51,107 nucleotides of DNA from Candidatus Gottesmanbacteria bacterium (GCA_030679255.1 JAUXTO010000013.1:256189-307295), one strand, 5' to 3'; shown: positions 34,460-45,309, counted from the first letter of the stretch. Numbers and translations are program-made. Notes: generated by a model not told the origin, from the letters alone.

Positions 34460-37400
34460 TTAAATAATCTGTGCCCGTTCCGAATCGACCGGAATGAGTC
34501 TGCCGATAATAACATTTTCCTTGAGTCCCAACAATTTGTCTTCTTTACCGGCAAGCGCTGCGTCGGTCAACACATTGGTCGTCTCCTGGAACGATGCCGC
34601 GGAAAGCCATGACTCAGTGAACAGTGAAGCGCGGGTAATGCCGAGAATCACGACCTGCGCCGTCGCCGGCTCGCCGCCTTCGGCCAATACTCTGGCGTTT
34701 TCATCCTGGAAGCGCATACGGTCGACGAGCTCTCCAGGCAATAAACTCGTATCTCCGGCGCTATCGACCCGGACTTTATCACTAATCTTGCGGACAATCA
34801 CTTCAAAATGTTTATCCGCAATCCCAATCCCCTGAGATTCATAGACCCGTTGGATCTCGATAATAAGATACTTTTGTGCGCCGCGCAGACCCCGCACCTG
34901 AAGCACTTCTTTGACGTCAAGGCTCCCGCTGGCAAGTTGATCTCCTGCTGCGATGAGATCGCCTTCTTTCACTTTGAGTTCAGCGGTGAGCGGAATCAAA
35001 TATTCACGTTCTTCTACCGGCTTCATCACGGTATTTCTCACCCGGACTTTGTATCCGGATTCGGTTTCGGTAATATCGACTTTTCCGGCAATCTCCGTAA
35101 TCGGAGATAGAGCGCGGGGCATGCGGATTTCAAAAAGTTCCTCGACGCGCGGCAACCCTTGCGTCACATCCAGTCCGACGATACCTCCCGCGTGCCTGAC
35201 CCGCATAGTGAGCTGTGTACCCGGTTCGCCAATGGATTGAGCGGCAATGACTCCGACCGGAGTCCCCATATCAACCTGCGCATTCGTCGCATAATCTTTG
35301 CCATAACATGTCTGGCAAAGTCCCACCGGCGCTTGACAAGCTATGGGAGAACGGATGACGACGGTCTCCACCTGATGTTCGTCAATGAGCTTGATGTGAT
35401 CTTCTGTAATTTCTACACCACGGGCAACCAACACTTTCTTGCCTCCTGGTACGAGAATGTCTACCGCAGGGATGCGTGCGAGAAGCCGCGCACCAAACGT
35501 TGCCTGACGGTCCTCGTGTCGCGAGACTTCCCATCCTTCATGCGTATCACAATCAGCGACCCGGATAATGGCGTCATGGGAAACATCCACGAGCCTTCGG
35601 GTGAGATATCCAGCATCAGCAGTCTTGAGGGCTGAATCCGTAAGACCCTTCCGGGATCCGCGGGTCGACGTAACATATTCAAAGATCGAAAGTCCCTGGC
35701 GGTAATTACTTTTGGTCGGCAACTCAACGATTTTACCTAAAGGGTCGACCACCAATCCTTTGATGGCCGAAAGTTGCTTCAGATAATCTTTAGATGCCCG
35801 GGCACTTCCGGATTCGATAATCATCTTCATGGGATTATCTGCGGGGAGCGCGTTCCAGGTAAGATCGGCAAGCGTCTCCGTGACCTCGATCCAAATTTCA
35901 TTGGCGAGCCGTTTCTTTTCTTCAAGCGTGATCAGGCCCTGTTGGAAGTTGGTGTCTATCTCCGCAACTTTAACCTCTGCTTCGCGCACAAGCGCGTCTT
36001 TTTGAGGAACCACAATCCCGTCAAAGACCGATACGGAAAGTCCACCACACTGTGTCGCTCCCCAGAAACCGATATTTTTAATTGCGTCGATGACGGTAAC
36101 GACTTCTTCTTTGGAATAATGCAAGAGCGCCTGCGTGATAAGCTTTTTGATGGTTACGGCTTTAATAGGAGTATTGATAAACCGGAGCTCCTTGGGCAAT
36201 ACTTCGTTGAATAATATCTTCCCCACGGTCGTCACCATTTCTTGGCCGTCTACGTTCACCCGGATGGGTTCACGAATCCCGAGAGCGCCGGTTTGTTGGG
36301 CATAGATGGCCTCATGGGAATCCGCATACCGCACGAGTTCTTCTTCTTTTTTACCATCAAAGTCACTGTCAACGGTTGTAATATAGAAACAACCCAATAC
36401 CATTTCCTTGTTGGGAACGGTGATCGGTGAACCGTCGGCGGGTTTGAGTAAATTATGGGTCGGTAACATCAGATGAATCGCTTCATCCTGGCTTTGTTTA
36501 GAAAGCGGGATATGGACGGCCATCTGGTCGCCGTCAAAATCTGCGTTGTATCCTGCGCACACACAAGGATGAATGCGGATTGCCGATCCTTCTATGAGAA
36601 TGGGGAAAAACGCCTGAATTCCGAGCTTGTGGAGCGTCGGTGCGCGGTTAAGAAGCACCGGATGATTTTTTGTAATTTCCTCAAGGATATCAAATACTTC
36701 CGGAGTACGGCGCTCAAGCACGGTTTTTGCGTTTTTAACATTGGGCGCAATCCCGCGAACGATAAGCTCACGAAGCACGAATGGCTTAAACATCTCGAGA
36801 GCCATTTCTTTGGGGATACCACACTGGGTAAGGTTAAGTTCCGGACCTACGACGATCACCGACCGGCCGGAATAATCGACACGCTTGCCGAGAAGATTCT
36901 GTCGGAAGCGGCCCTGTTTACCCCGAAGCATATCGGAAAGGGATCTCAAGGGCTGAATGACTGCCCTTGAACTTGGACGTTGGGTCGCGTCAATGAGACT
37001 ATCAACCGCCTCCTGAAGCATACGTTTTTCGTTACGCAATATAATTTCCGGCGCACCCAAATCCATGAGATGCTTGAGCCTGTTATTACGGTTTATGACT
37101 CTCCGGTACAAATCATTCAGATCGCTTGTCGCAAACCGGCCCCCGGTCAGCTGGACCATGGGACGCAAGTCCGGAGGAATCACCGGTAAGATTTTGAGGA
37201 TCATCCATGCCGGATTGACGCTCGCCTTCCGGATGCCGTCAATGACGCGCAGTCTCTTGGTGGCTTTGATATGCCGTTGTCCTGTGGTCTTGGCAATTTC
37301 TTCCCGAAGGTCGGCGGCAAGTTTATCCAGATCTAATTTTTTAACGACGGAAAGTACTGCCTCGGCTCCCATGTCCACACTAAAACAGGATGCTGCTTCA

Positions 37401-38179
37401 TATTCATCGAGCCGCAGAAATTCGTCTTCGGTGAGTGTCGTGAGTGGCTTGATGGTTTTGACGATACCCACGAGCGAGTCAATAATTTCATTAATTTTTC
37501 CGGCTTCCTCATCCCGTTTATTTTCAAGTCCGGCCAAATCCTGACGTTCTTTGAGAGATATTTCAGAGAGGGCGAGGTCTGTGGCTTCACGGGTAAGTCC
37601 GCGTGCCTTCACCGCGTCACGATCCGCGGCAAATTGCTTTTTTCTCTTTTCCACTTCCTGGTTATAGATAGCTTCTGCTTCACCGACACGCTTCGCGCCG
37701 GAATCCGCGAGGCTCTTGAGAACGTCTTTTTTCTTTTGGTCATCCACATCCGTCACCAAATACTGTGCAAAATAGATGACCCCTTCAAGCGCTCTTGGGC
37801 TAATGTCGAGAAGCAATGAAAGTTTGGAAGGCGCGCCTTTAAAAAACCAAACATGGGCCACTGGGACGGCCAATGATATGTGTCCCATTCGTTCGCGGCG
37901 CACCTTGCTCTGTGTTACTTCGACACCACATTTATCGCAGACTATCCCGCGGTAACGAATTCTTTTGTACTTGCCGCAGTAACATTCCCAATCCTTCGTA
38001 GGACCAAAAATCCGTTCGTCAAACAACCCGTCTTTTTCCGGTTTCAGCGTCCGGTAATTGATAGTCTCGGGTTTGATGACCTCACCGTAGGACCATGCCT
38101 TGATATCCTCTGAGGAGGCCAGGGTCACTTTCAACCCGGAAAAATCTACGATATTTGCAAACATTCCTTTTTTATCCAT
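34460..38179 (-). CDS. rpoC: DNA-directed RNA polymerase subunit beta'
   Basis: [23 protein letters not shown] zinc motif, [12 protein letters not shown] catalytic loop, and trigger-loop/bridge-helix regions. The start is assigned to MDKKGMF, 4 nt after the rpoB stop. Confidence 0.97.
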   Translation of the reverse strand: MDKKGMFANIVDFSGLKVTLASSEDIKAWSYGEVIKPETINYRTLKPEKDGLFDERIFGPTKDWECYCGKYKRIRYRGIVCDKCGVEVTQSKVRRERMGHISLAVPVAHVWFFKGAPSKLSLLLDISPRALEGVIYFAQYLVTDVDDQKKKDVLKSLADSGAKRVGEAEAIYNQEVEKRKKQFAADRDAVKARGLTREATDLALSEISLKERQDLAGLENKRDEEAGKINEIIDSLVGIVKTIKPLTTLTEDEFLRLDEYEAASCFSVDMGAEAVLSVVKKLDLDKLAADLREEIAKTTGQRHIKATKRLRVIDGIRKASVNPAWMILKILPVIPPDLRPMVQLTGGRFATSDLNDLYRRVINRNNRLKHLMDLGAPEIILRNEKRMLQEAVDSLIDATQRPSSRAVIQPLRSLSDMLRGKQGRFRQNLLGKRVDYSGRSVIVVGPELNLTQCGIPKEMALEMFKPFVLRELIVRGIAPNVKNAKTVLERRTPEVFDILEEITKNHPVLLNRAPTLHKLGIQAFFPILIEGSAIRIHPCVCAGYNADFDGDQMAVHIPLSKQSQDEAIHLMLPTHNLLKPADGSPITVPNKEMVLGCFYITTVDSDFDGKKEEELVRYADSHEAIYAQQTGALGIREPIRVNVDGQEMVTTVGKILFNEVLPKELRFINTPIKAVTIKKLITQALLHYSKEEVVTVIDAIKNIGFWGATQCGGLSVSVFDGIVVPQKDALVREAEVKVAEIDTNFQQGLITLEEKKRLANEIWIEVTETLADLTWNALPADNPMKMIIESGSARASKDYLKQLSAIKGLVVDPLGKIVELPTKSNYRQGLSIFEYVTSTRGSRKGLTDSALKTADAGYLTRRLVDVSHDAIIRVADCDTHEGWEVSRHEDRQATFGARLLARIPAVDILVPGGKKVLVARGVEITEDHIKLIDEHQVETVVIRSPIACQAPVGLCQTCYGKDYATNAQVDMGTPVGVIAAQSIGEPGTQLTMRVRHAGGIVGLDVTQGLPRVEELFEIRMPRALSPITEIAGKVDITETESGYKVRVRNTVMKPVEEREYLIPLTAELKVKEGDLIAAGDQLASGSLDVKEVLQVRGLRGAQKYLIIEIQRVYESQGIGIADKHFEVIVRKISDKVRVDSAGDTSLLPGELVDRMRFQDENARVLAEGGEPATAQVVILGITRASLFTESWLSAASFQETTNVLTDAALAGKEDKLLGLKENVIIGRLIPVDSERAQII

Positions 38180-38183
38180 AGTG

Positions 38184-41100
38184 TTACTCCTTCTTGAGTT
38201 CGGCAACTGGTATCTCAACCGCATCGAGAGCAACCTGAGCGCCACTGGCTTCAGCGAGTTCCTTGGCCTGTTTTTTTGCTTGATCATCGGAAACCGCGGT
38301 GATCGCTGCAGCTTGCCCGGCTGGGTCAGCACTCGCCGGCTGCGGCTTAGCAGTCACTACGCCCGTCGGCTCAACGTGAAGCCCCAACGCCTGAAGTTCT
38401 TTGACTAATACTTTAAATGACTCCGGTACCGTTGAAGCCGGGATATCCGTGCCTTTGACGATCGCTTCAAATGCTTTGGCCCTCCCCACAACATCGTCGG
38501 ATTTGATCGTCAACATTTCCTGAAGTACATGCGCGGCCCGGTGGGCTTCGAGTGCCCAGACTTCCATTTCTCCCAACCGTTGTCCACCCATCTGGGCTTT
38601 ACCTCCGAGCGGTTGTTGGGTGACGAGGGAATAGGGACCCGTTGATCGGGCGTGCGTTTTGTCCTCGACCATGTGGATGAGTTTCATGATATAGCCGATT
38701 CCCACGACGATCGGTTCTTTGAACGCCTCTCCGCTTCTTCCGTCATAGAGCGTTGTCTTCCCATTGACGGGAAGTTTGGCTTCAACAAGTTTTTTGACGA
38801 TATCCGCTTCGATGATCGGTTCAAACACCGGAAGGGCAATTTTCAAATTAAGTTTCTGTGCTGCAAGTCCCAAATGAGATTCAAGAAGTTGTCCCAAATT
38901 CATACGGGAAAGAACCGACAATGGAGAAATAATCAGATCGACGGTCGTGCCGTCAGCCAAATAGGGCATATCTGCTTGGGGAACGATCTTGCTGATGACG
39001 CCTTTATTTCCATGGCGTCCGGCGAGTTTGTCTCCCACAACGACTTTGCGTACTTGGGCGACTTTGATAATAATTTTCCTGTTTGTCCCCGGTTCGAGCT
39101 CGTCCCCTGCTTCTTTATCCAAAATTTTAACTTCTATGACGGTTCCCCGCTCGCCGTGTGGCATCCGGAGGCTCGTATCCCGCACTTCGCGTGCTTTTTC
39201 TCCAAAAATAGCCCGGAGCAAGCGCTCTTCTGCGGTGAGCTCCGTTTCTCCTTTAGGAGCAATTTTTCCGACGAGTATGTCATTAGGGGCAACTTCCGCC
39301 CCGACGACGACGATTCCGTCTTCATCGAGATTCCGAAGAGCCTCTTCTCCGACGTTGGGGATATCCCGGGTCGTTTCTTCGATACCAAGCTTCGTATCGA
39401 CGACACTCGCTTCATATTCTTCAATATTTACTGATGTGAGTGAATCTTCTTTGACGAGACGGTCCGAAATAACGATGGCGTCCTCATACCCTAATCCGTC
39501 ATAACTCATGTAGGCGACCACTGCGTTCGTACCGAGCGCAAGTTCTCCATTTTCGCTCGATGGACCATCGATGAGGATGGCGCCTTTTTTCACTTTATCT
39601 CCGGTTTTTACACTCACATGTTGGTTGTAGCAGGTGGATTGACTTGTCCTCTTAAACTTTTCGACGGCATAGGTTTCCTCTAGACCATCTTTCGTTTTTA
39701 TGGATACTGTTCCCGCATCTGCATACGTCACCACCGCATCGTCAGGTGACATAATCACCCGTCCCATCGACATAGAAATTGCTGCCTCCATACCAGTACC
39801 GACGACCGGTGATTGCGGAACAATAAGCGGCACGGCCTGTGATTGCATGTGGGTTCCCATGAGTGCGCGGTTGGCTTCATCATGGGCGAGAAATGGAATG
39901 AGCGAGGCAGGAGCACCGACAACTTGTCGTGGAACTACGTCGATAAAATCGACAAGCTTAGCATCCGCTTCAAGAAACTCGCCCTTATACCGTACCGGTA
40001 TACGTTCATCAAGGATGTATCCCTCATCATCCATGGCGATACTGGCGTGCGTCACATAGTGATATTGTTCATCATCGGCGGATATATAGACGATCTGATC
40101 TGTCACGCGTACACGCGTGGTTCCATTTTTTTCAATCTTCTCGACTTTCCGGTACGGAGTTTCCAAAAATCCATATTCATTGACCCGGGCATAGAGCGCC
40201 ATATAGGTAACTAACCCAATGTTCGGCCCCTCCGGACTTCTCACCGGACAAATACGGCCATATTGGCTCGCATTAATGTCACGGATGGAAAATGATGCAC
40301 GTTCGCGGCTAATCCCGCCGATACCCATGACGGTGAGTCTACGTAAATTATCGATTTCAGCAAGCGGATTAGTCTGATCGAGGATTGTTGAAAGTTGGCT
40401 TGTACGGAAAAAATCGTTAACCGCGGCGATAATCGGCCGGGCATTAACAAGTTGTGATGGAGTCAAGTCAATTGCGGCCGCTCCGGCTAAACTCATTTTC
40501 TCGCGGATCGAACGCTCGAGCCGCAAGAGTCCGACACGGAACGCGTTTGTCGCGACCAACTCCCCTACTCTACGGACCCGTCGGTTTCCCAAATGATCAA
40601 TATCGTCCACATCACCTTTGCCGTTAGCGAGACCTATGAGGTACCGGATACTGCCGATGATATCTTCTTTCGTGAGCACCCAATGCTGTCGGTCAAGGGG
40701 TACCGAAACACCAAGCTTTTTGTTCATCTTATAGCGGCCTACCCGCTCCATGCTATAGCGGCGATAGTCAAAAAACATGGTGCGAAGAAGTTCCTGTGCA
40801 TTATCGAGAACAATTGGTTCGCCGGGCCGGAGCTTCTTGTAGAGTTCGAGGGTCGCTTCCACTTGAGAAGTCGTGAGGTCTTTCTTGAGCGTCGCATCGA
40901 TGAATTGATGATCTTTATCCAAATCTACATCGGCGAAGAGCTTGCGGATCTCCGCTTCGTCAGAGACGCCGATAGCACGCAAAAACGTCGTTGCCGGAAA
41001 CTTGCGCCTCCGATCAATGCGCACCATAAGCACGTCATGGCGCGTCATGGCAAATTCGAGCCAACTTCCATGGAGTGGCCGGATTTCCGCCGTATAGAGC

Positions 41101-41561
41101 ATGCGTCCCGTCGACGGATCGATCTGAGAAGTAAAGTAAATACCCGGACTCCGGACCAATTGATTGACGACGCACCGCTCGATACCATTAATAATGAAAG
41201 TACCGTTGGCCGTCATCGCGGGGATATCACCCAAAAATACTTCCTGCGTCACGCGGGATCCTGTTTGTTTGTTGGTGAGGGTCGTCGTCACTTTAAGCGG
41301 CATGTCAAAGGTCAAGCCCTTGTCCCGGGCAACTTCGCTAGAGAGGCGCGGTTTGCCGAAGTAATAATCACCAAATGAGAGTTCCCAATTTTTACCGGTA
41401 AAGTCTACGACGGGAGTCACTTCGTCGAGAAGTTCACGGATCCCGGTTTCCAGAAACCATTGATAGGATTCACGTTGTACAAGGACCAGATCCAGAGGAG
41501 GCAGGTTCGGATAGGCTTTTCCCCAGGAAACATGCTGAATAATGTTTTCGTCGTGTGCCAT
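38184..41561 (-). CDS. rpoB: DNA-directed RNA polymerase subunit beta
   Basis: Contains RERASFSIRDINASQYGRICPVRSPEGPNIGL, GRHGNKGVISKI and MNLGQLLE. The start is assigned to MAHDENII. There is a low-complexity C-terminal tail (KPQPASADPAGQAAAITAVSDDQAKKQAKE). Confidence 0.97.
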   Translation of the reverse strand: MAHDENIIQHVSWGKAYPNLPPLDLVLVQRESYQWFLETGIRELLDEVTPVVDFTGKNWELSFGDYYFGKPRLSSEVARDKGLTFDMPLKVTTTLTNKQTGSRVTQEVFLGDIPAMTANGTFIINGIERCVVNQLVRSPGIYFTSQIDPSTGRMLYTAEIRPLHGSWLEFAMTRHDVLMVRIDRRRKFPATTFLRAIGVSDEAEIRKLFADVDLDKDHQFIDATLKKDLTTSQVEATLELYKKLRPGEPIVLDNAQELLRTMFFDYRRYSMERVGRYKMNKKLGVSVPLDRQHWVLTKEDIIGSIRYLIGLANGKGDVDDIDHLGNRRVRRVGELVATNAFRVGLLRLERSIREKMSLAGAAAIDLTPSQLVNARPIIAAVNDFFRTSQLSTILDQTNPLAEIDNLRRLTVMGIGGISRERASFSIRDINASQYGRICPVRSPEGPNIGLVTYMALYARVNEYGFLETPYRKVEKIEKNGTTRVRVTDQIVYISADDEQYHYVTHASIAMDDEGYILDERIPVRYKGEFLEADAKLVDFIDVVPRQVVGAPASLIPFLAHDEANRALMGTHMQSQAVPLIVPQSPVVGTGMEAAISMSMGRVIMSPDDAVVTYADAGTVSIKTKDGLEETYAVEKFKRTSQSTCYNQHVSVKTGDKVKKGAILIDGPSSENGELALGTNAVVAYMSYDGLGYEDAIVISDRLVKEDSLTSVNIEEYEASVVDTKLGIEETTRDIPNVGEEALRNLDEDGIVVVGAEVAPNDILVGKIAPKGETELTAEERLLRAIFGEKAREVRDTSLRMPHGERGTVIEVKILDKEAGDELEPGTNRKIIIKVAQVRKVVVGDKLAGRHGNKGVISKIVPQADMPYLADGTTVDLIISPLSVLSRMNLGQLLESHLGLAAQKLNLKIALPVFEPIIEADIVKKLVEAKLPVNGKTTLYDGRSGEAFKEPIVVGIGYIMKLIHMVEDKTHARSTGPYSLVTQQPLGGKAQMGGQRLGEMEVWALEAHRAAHVLQEMLTIKSDDVVGRAKAFEAIVKGTDIPASTVPESFKVLVKELQALGLHVEPTGVVTAKPQPASADPAGQAAAITAVSDDQAKKQAKELAEASGAQVALDAVEIPVAELKKE

Positions 41562-41652
41562 CGGATAATTCCCCTCAGAGCCAAGCTTATGTGAACGACA
41601 AAAAGAAGCGAACAATGAACGTTCGCCTCTCTCGGGCTATTGAAGTTTCTTT

Positions 41653-41680
41653 ATTATATATGCCTTTTGGCCGATGTCAA
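41653..41680 (-). promoter_or_regulatory. Sigma-70-type promoter upstream of rpoB
   Basis: Minus strand has TTGACA (complement of 41675-41680), a 16-nt spacer and TATAAT (complement of 41653-41658), about 90 nt upstream of the rpoB ATG. Confidence 0.65.
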
Positions 41681-41693
41681 TACCCCGCGTGTA

Positions 41694-42653
41694 TTATTCC
41701 AAATGCGGCCTGATTAACGCTTCTACCTCAGAAAAATTTTTCGTCTCCATGAGTTCCTTCATGAGCGTTGTCGCCCCAGAGAAAGAACGTACATAAATTT
41801 TAAAATATTTTCTCATCGCGGCAAACCTGTGTTCTCCAGGGTAGCATTCTTCGTACTGCTTGGCGTGGGCGAGTAATAAATCCAACATTTCTTTTTTCGA
41901 GTGTTCCCTGGGCGTTTTTTCAAACACCCACGGATTATGAAATATCCCCGTCCCGATCATCACTCCGTCTACGCCATACGACTCGTGGACCACTGCGGCT
42001 TGATCTCTCCTTACGATACCGCCATTACCGATGATGACCGTATCTGGGCTGAGCGTATCCCTCAGCTTAACGGCAATTCCAATTTCATCCCAATGGGCAG
42101 GAACTTTCGATAATTCTTTCGCTGTTCTCCCGTGGATGGTGATCGCGTCGACGTGCTGCAAAAGCAAAAACCGAATCCATGAGTCCGTCACTATTGATTT
42201 GACACCAAGACGCGTTTTCACGCTCACCGGGAGTCCGGGCGCCCCCTCTTTTACGGCAGTAATCATTGCCGCGGCGAGTCCCGGATTCTTGATAAGAGCC
42301 GACCCGCATCCCATCTTCATCACGTCACGCACCGGACAACCCATATTAATATCAATGCCGTCAAAACCCAAATCCTTGGCGAGTTTGGCAACGGTAAAAA
42401 AATTCTTGGGTTCCGTCCCCCATATGTGGGCAACGATCGGTTGCTGCTTCGCGGAATATCGAAACCGTGGAATGGTCTTTTCATACCCACGGGAACAAAG
42501 TGCCTCCGTGTTGGTAAATTCCGTAAACATGACGTCGGGTTTGGCAATATCGGCAATAAGCTCACGGAATACATAATCCGTCACCCCATCCATGGGAGCA
42601 AGGACGAGAAAGGGTTTATGATCGCGGGCGCGCTGTTGCCAAAAATTTATCAT
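41694..42653 (-). CDS. dus: tRNA-dihydrouridine synthase
   Basis: LVLAPMDGVTDYVFREL and DINMGCPVRDVMKMGCGSALI in a TIM-barrel FMN enzyme of 319 aa. Confidence 0.9.
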   Translation of the reverse strand: MINFWQQRARDHKPFLVLAPMDGVTDYVFRELIADIAKPDVMFTEFTNTEALCSRGYEKTIPRFRYSAKQQPIVAHIWGTEPKNFFTVAKLAKDLGFDGIDINMGCPVRDVMKMGCGSALIKNPGLAAAMITAVKEGAPGLPVSVKTRLGVKSIVTDSWIRFLLLQHVDAITIHGRTAKELSKVPAHWDEIGIAVKLRDTLSPDTVIIGNGGIVRRDQAAVVHESYGVDGVMIGTGIFHNPWVFEKTPREHSKKEMLDLLLAHAKQYEECYPGEHRFAAMRKYFKIYVRSFSGATTLMKELMETKNFSEVEALIRPHLE

Positions 42654-42672
42654 GGGGGTATTTTACACTATA

Positions 42673-43011
42673 TTAAAACCCCTCTATCCCCTGAAGTTGT
42701 TGTCCCACCTGACTATTAAGGGAATTAATGAAGGCGACGGTGTACTGAGTAGCTATGATAAACGTAACACCGGAAAGAATCATTGCTATCACCCCGACAA
42801 TTTTTGCTTTGTCATCATTCTCGCGAAGGTACTTTAACCCCCAAAAGATTCCCATCGGAGCCAATAAAATACTCCCGGCGTAAAGCTTTATCTGATCCAC
42901 GGGCGTCGTTCCCGGGGGAACCACATGAAGATTCTTCCCACAATTAAAGCAAAAATAATCCGTGGGCCGGATGGCAATATGACACCCCGGACACGTTGGC
43001 AGTTCATCCAT
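42673..43011 (-). CDS. Zinc-ribbon membrane protein (hypothetical)
   Basis: MDELPTCPGCHIAIRPTDYFCFNCGKNL followed by two TM helices. The start is placed at the Met just after the aquaporin stop. Confidence 0.55.
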   Translation of the reverse strand: MDELPTCPGCHIAIRPTDYFCFNCGKNLHVVPPGTTPVDQIKLYAGSILLAPMGIFWGLKYLRENDDKAKIVGVIAMILSGVTFIIATQYTVAFINSLNSQVGQQLQGIEGF

Positions 43012-43013
43012 AA

Positions 43014-43628
43014 TTATAAATTTTTCATCCGGGTATACACCCATCCGGCGATCGCACCCCCGGTCATGGGACCTGCAGCATACAGAAGCATATTCCCAAG
43101 ATGCGAGGAAATTCCGGATAGATCAAATATGAGAGGTGCAACACCCACTGCCGGGTTAAACGCGCCGCCCGAAATAGGCCCGCCGGCTGTTGCTGCCGCC
43201 AACAAAGTCATCCCGATTGCCAACCCGTAATAATCATTTCCTTTTGTTTTCTCTGTCGCTGCCACATGATGGACAACACTCACGAGCGCAAAGGTAAAGA
43301 GTGCTTCAACGACAAATGCCGTTATCCAGCTCACGTGCGGCGCAGGAGCCGGAAGAAAATAATCTTTTTTGATGAAGGCATAAACTCCCGATGCCACCAA
43401 CCCGCCCAATAGTTGAACTGCCATATATTTGATGGCATCATTCCGATTAATTTTTTTAGAAACCCAAAGTCCCAACGTCACTGCGGGATTATAGTGCGCC
43501 CCGGAAATATAGCCACCCATATACACCATCGCCGCAAGGATGAGTCCTATGGCTACCGGATTGCCGCTCAGGGCGACGACAAGCACCAGGAAAAACGTAC
43601 CCATGAATTCAACAAGAAGTTTCTTCAT
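43014..43628 (-). CDS. MIP/aquaporin-family channel
   Basis: Two NPA boxes (SGAHYNPAVTLG and GGAFNPAVGV), six hydrophobic segments, 204 aa. Confidence 0.88.
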   Translation of the reverse strand: MKKLLVEFMGTFFLVLVVALSGNPVAIGLILAAMVYMGGYISGAHYNPAVTLGLWVSKKINRNDAIKYMAVQLLGGLVASGVYAFIKKDYFLPAPAPHVSWITAFVVEALFTFALVSVVHHVAATEKTKGNDYYGLAIGMTLLAAATAGGPISGGAFNPAVGVAPLIFDLSGISSHLGNMLLYAAGPMTGGAIAGWVYTRMKNL

Positions 43629-43681
43629 ATGATTTCATTATATCCTCTTTACGTCTCCGTCGTACACCACCCGGTGGGTGC

Positions 43682-43752
43682 CATTCACTCCGGAATCTTT
43701 GAGGTGTGAGGAGGTCATCTTCCAGAATCAGGATGGTTTTGTTGAGGATCAT
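43682..43752 (-). repeat. Receiver-like 5' stub repeat, copy 1 (shortest)
   Basis: Minus strand reads ATGATCCTCAACAAAACCATCCTGATTCTGGAAGATGACCTCCT..TCAAAGAT..GGAG. It encodes MILNKTILILEDDLLT and then decays. It lies upstream of the aquaporin gene. Confidence 0.85.
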
Positions 43753-43877
43753 AAAATTATCCGGATTCACACTTCTCTACCATCCAAAAAGAAAAGGCTT
43801 GAACCTAGGTAACCTGGCGGGTTAATTTTTACTACAAACAGGCGCAACCCTATTGCACCCGGAAGGTAATTCCCTAT

Positions 43878-44135
43878 TTATTTCCCCCACATCCCTGCAT
43901 CAATTTCTTGTAGAGAAAATCCATGTTTTTTAATGCTACTCATTATCTTTGACTGTGTTACTCTGTCATATTCAGACTTCCCTTGTAATACAATTAAAAA
44001 TGGTCGTTCCGGGGCCATGTGTTTTTTGGGACAGGTGTACTTCAGATGTCGTGAGCCTACTTGCCGCTCAGAAGAAAACCCGAGTCTTTTGAGGCAACGG
44101 GTAAATTCTGTCGATCGGTAAAAATTGAATTTCAT
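43878..44135 (-). CDS. hicA: HicA-like toxin (YcfA/HicA family mRNA interferase)
   Basis: STEFTRCLKRLGFSSERQVGSRHLKY...FLIVLQGKSEYDRVTQSKIMSSIKKHGFSLQE fits the HicA pattern (LxxxGF...GSxHxxY). The start is assigned to MKFNF. Confidence 0.68.
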   Translation of the reverse strand: MKFNFYRSTEFTRCLKRLGFSSERQVGSRHLKYTCPKKHMAPERPFLIVLQGKSEYDRVTQSKIMSSIKKHGFSLQEIDAGMWGK

Positions 44136-44325
44136 TCTGATATTTCTTTGGTATATCAAAAATTGTATAAATAAGATCGTTGACACAAAAAAATAATTCA
44201 TTTAAATCGTTTGCTTCTGTAATGGCATTGAATTCATCAAGCGTGGCAATAAGGACGCCTGAATCGCCTTTTTGTATATGTACCGCTATGTGATCCGGTA
44301 GGATCATCTTTTTTGTTTTTGTCAT
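44068..44325 (-). CDS. hicB: HicB-like antitoxin (N-terminal domain type)
   Basis: HIAVHIQKGDSGVLIATLDEFNAITEANDLNELFFCVNDLIYTIF. An AGGTGA Shine-Dalgarno sequence precedes ATG ACA AAA. The extended -10 element TGCTATAAT lies upstream. Confidence 0.62.
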   Translation of the reverse strand: MTKTKKMILPDHIAVHIQKGDSGVLIATLDEFNAITEANDLNELFFCVNDLIYTIFDIPKKYQNEIQFLPIDRIYPLPQKTRVFF

Positions 44326-44412
44326 ATACATCACCTATGGCCAATTATAGCACACGATAAGACAAATTTTTTATCCTCATTCAATTACCTTTTTAATCAT
44401 CCTCACGTATCG

Positions 44413-44572
44413 ACAACTCCAATAAAACCTTATATTGCTCATCCTGTTCGATCGTTGCCTACCGCTCCAATATCTTTGAGAACGTCAGCAGGTCATCTTC
44501 CAGAATCAGGATGGTTTTGTTGAGGATCATAGTTCACCCACGCCCCCGGTCACACACCCCCGGTGTGTGTGA
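44413..44572 (-). repeat. Receiver-like 5' stub repeat, copy 2 (with upstream hairpin)
   Basis: Minus strand has the hairpin CACACACC-GGG-GGTGTGTG, then GGTGAACT, then ATGATCCTCAACAAAACCATCCTGATTCTGGAAGATGACCTGCT...AAGATATTGGAGCGGTAGGCAACGATCGAACAGGAT...GGAGTTGT. The ORF stops after 23 codons. Confidence 0.88.
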
Positions 44573-44613
44573 GAATTGTAATTCTTTCTGTGACGTCCCA
44601 TACTGGATTGAGC

Positions 44614-45084
44614 ATGAAGAATCTGCATAAACTCATCGCTTCGATTGCCCTGTGCGAGGCGGTCGGCATCCTCAGCACCCCATTTACCCTAGCCGCCATT
44701 ACGGGATGGTATACCAATCTCATCAAACCTTCCTTTTCCCCTCCCAATTGGATCTTCGGCCCCGTCTGGACCTTGCTCTACATGATGATGGGAATATCTC
44801 TTTTTCTTATCTGGGAGTTAGGATTAAAAAAGAAAAAAGTAAAAACCGCGGTGTATTATTTTGGAGCCCAATTAGTACTGAATTTCTTCTGGTCTATCGC
44901 ATTTTTCGGGTTGCGCTCACCACTTCTGGGGCTCGTGAATATCACGATACTTCTGGGGCTTATTCTCTTGACGATGAAACACTTTTATCCCCTGTCCAAA
45001 CCTGCCTTTTATCTTCTGGTACCCTACTCCCTGTGGGTCAGTTTTGCAGCGATTCTCAATGGAGCAATCGTCATTCTCAATTAA
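44614..45084 (+). CDS. tspO: TspO/MBR-family tryptophan-rich sensory protein
   Basis: AVGILSTPFTLAAITGWYTNLIKPSFSPPNWIFGPVWTLLYMMMGISLFLIW...LVLNFFWSIAFFG, five TM helices. The start is assigned to MKNLHKL. Confidence 0.88.
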   Translation: MKNLHKLIASIALCEAVGILSTPFTLAAITGWYTNLIKPSFSPPNWIFGPVWTLLYMMMGISLFLIWELGLKKKKVKTAVYYFGAQLVLNFFWSIAFFGLRSPLLGLVNITILLGLILLTMKHFYPLSKPAFYLLVPYSLWVSFAAILNGAIVILN

Positions 45085-45309
45085 CAACTCCTACAGCACA
45101 GTCAAACGTGCCAGTCGAGTTTGACTCGACGGCTGATCCTACGCAATCATTGCCAACCTCTCCACTATCTCTGAAGTTCCACGGAGCGAAAGTCCCGCCG
45201 AAGTCACGCCACACGAGACGAAGGAGGATTGAAAGCGTTAGCAGATCATCTTCCGGATTCAGGATGGTTTTGTTGAGGATCATAGTTCACCCACACCCCG
45301 GGTGTGTGT
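45085..45309 (-). repeat. Receiver-like 5' stub repeat, copy 3 (with upstream hairpin)
   Basis: Minus strand has the hairpin CACACC-CGG-GGTGTG, then GGTGAACT, then ATGATCCTCAACAAAACCATCCTGAATCCGGAAGATGATCTGCT...TTCGGCGGGACTTTCGCTCCGTGGAACTTCAGAGATA...GGAGTTGT. This is the 68-codon ORF 45077-45283 in the track. Confidence 0.88.

Noticed and set aside
40593-41378. 261-aa plus-strand ORF, and similarly 38652-39434 and 38989-39504
   Set aside because: These are antisense shadow ORFs within rpoB. They have no motifs and there is no room for independent signals.
43796-43809. tRNA T-loop-like GGTTCAAGCC on the minus strand downstream of hicA, a possible tRNA-derived att site
   Set aside because: The flanking bases cannot form a T-stem (CCTAG is not complemented after the loop), and no acceptor or anticodon arms could be built.
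45077-45283. 68-aa ORF (MILNKTILNPEDDLLTLS...) as a real gene
   Set aside because: It is copy 3 of the receiver-like stub repeat. Its frame differs from copy 4 over the shared nucleotides, and its 3' end overlaps the tspO terminus, so it is treated as a repeat or pseudogene.
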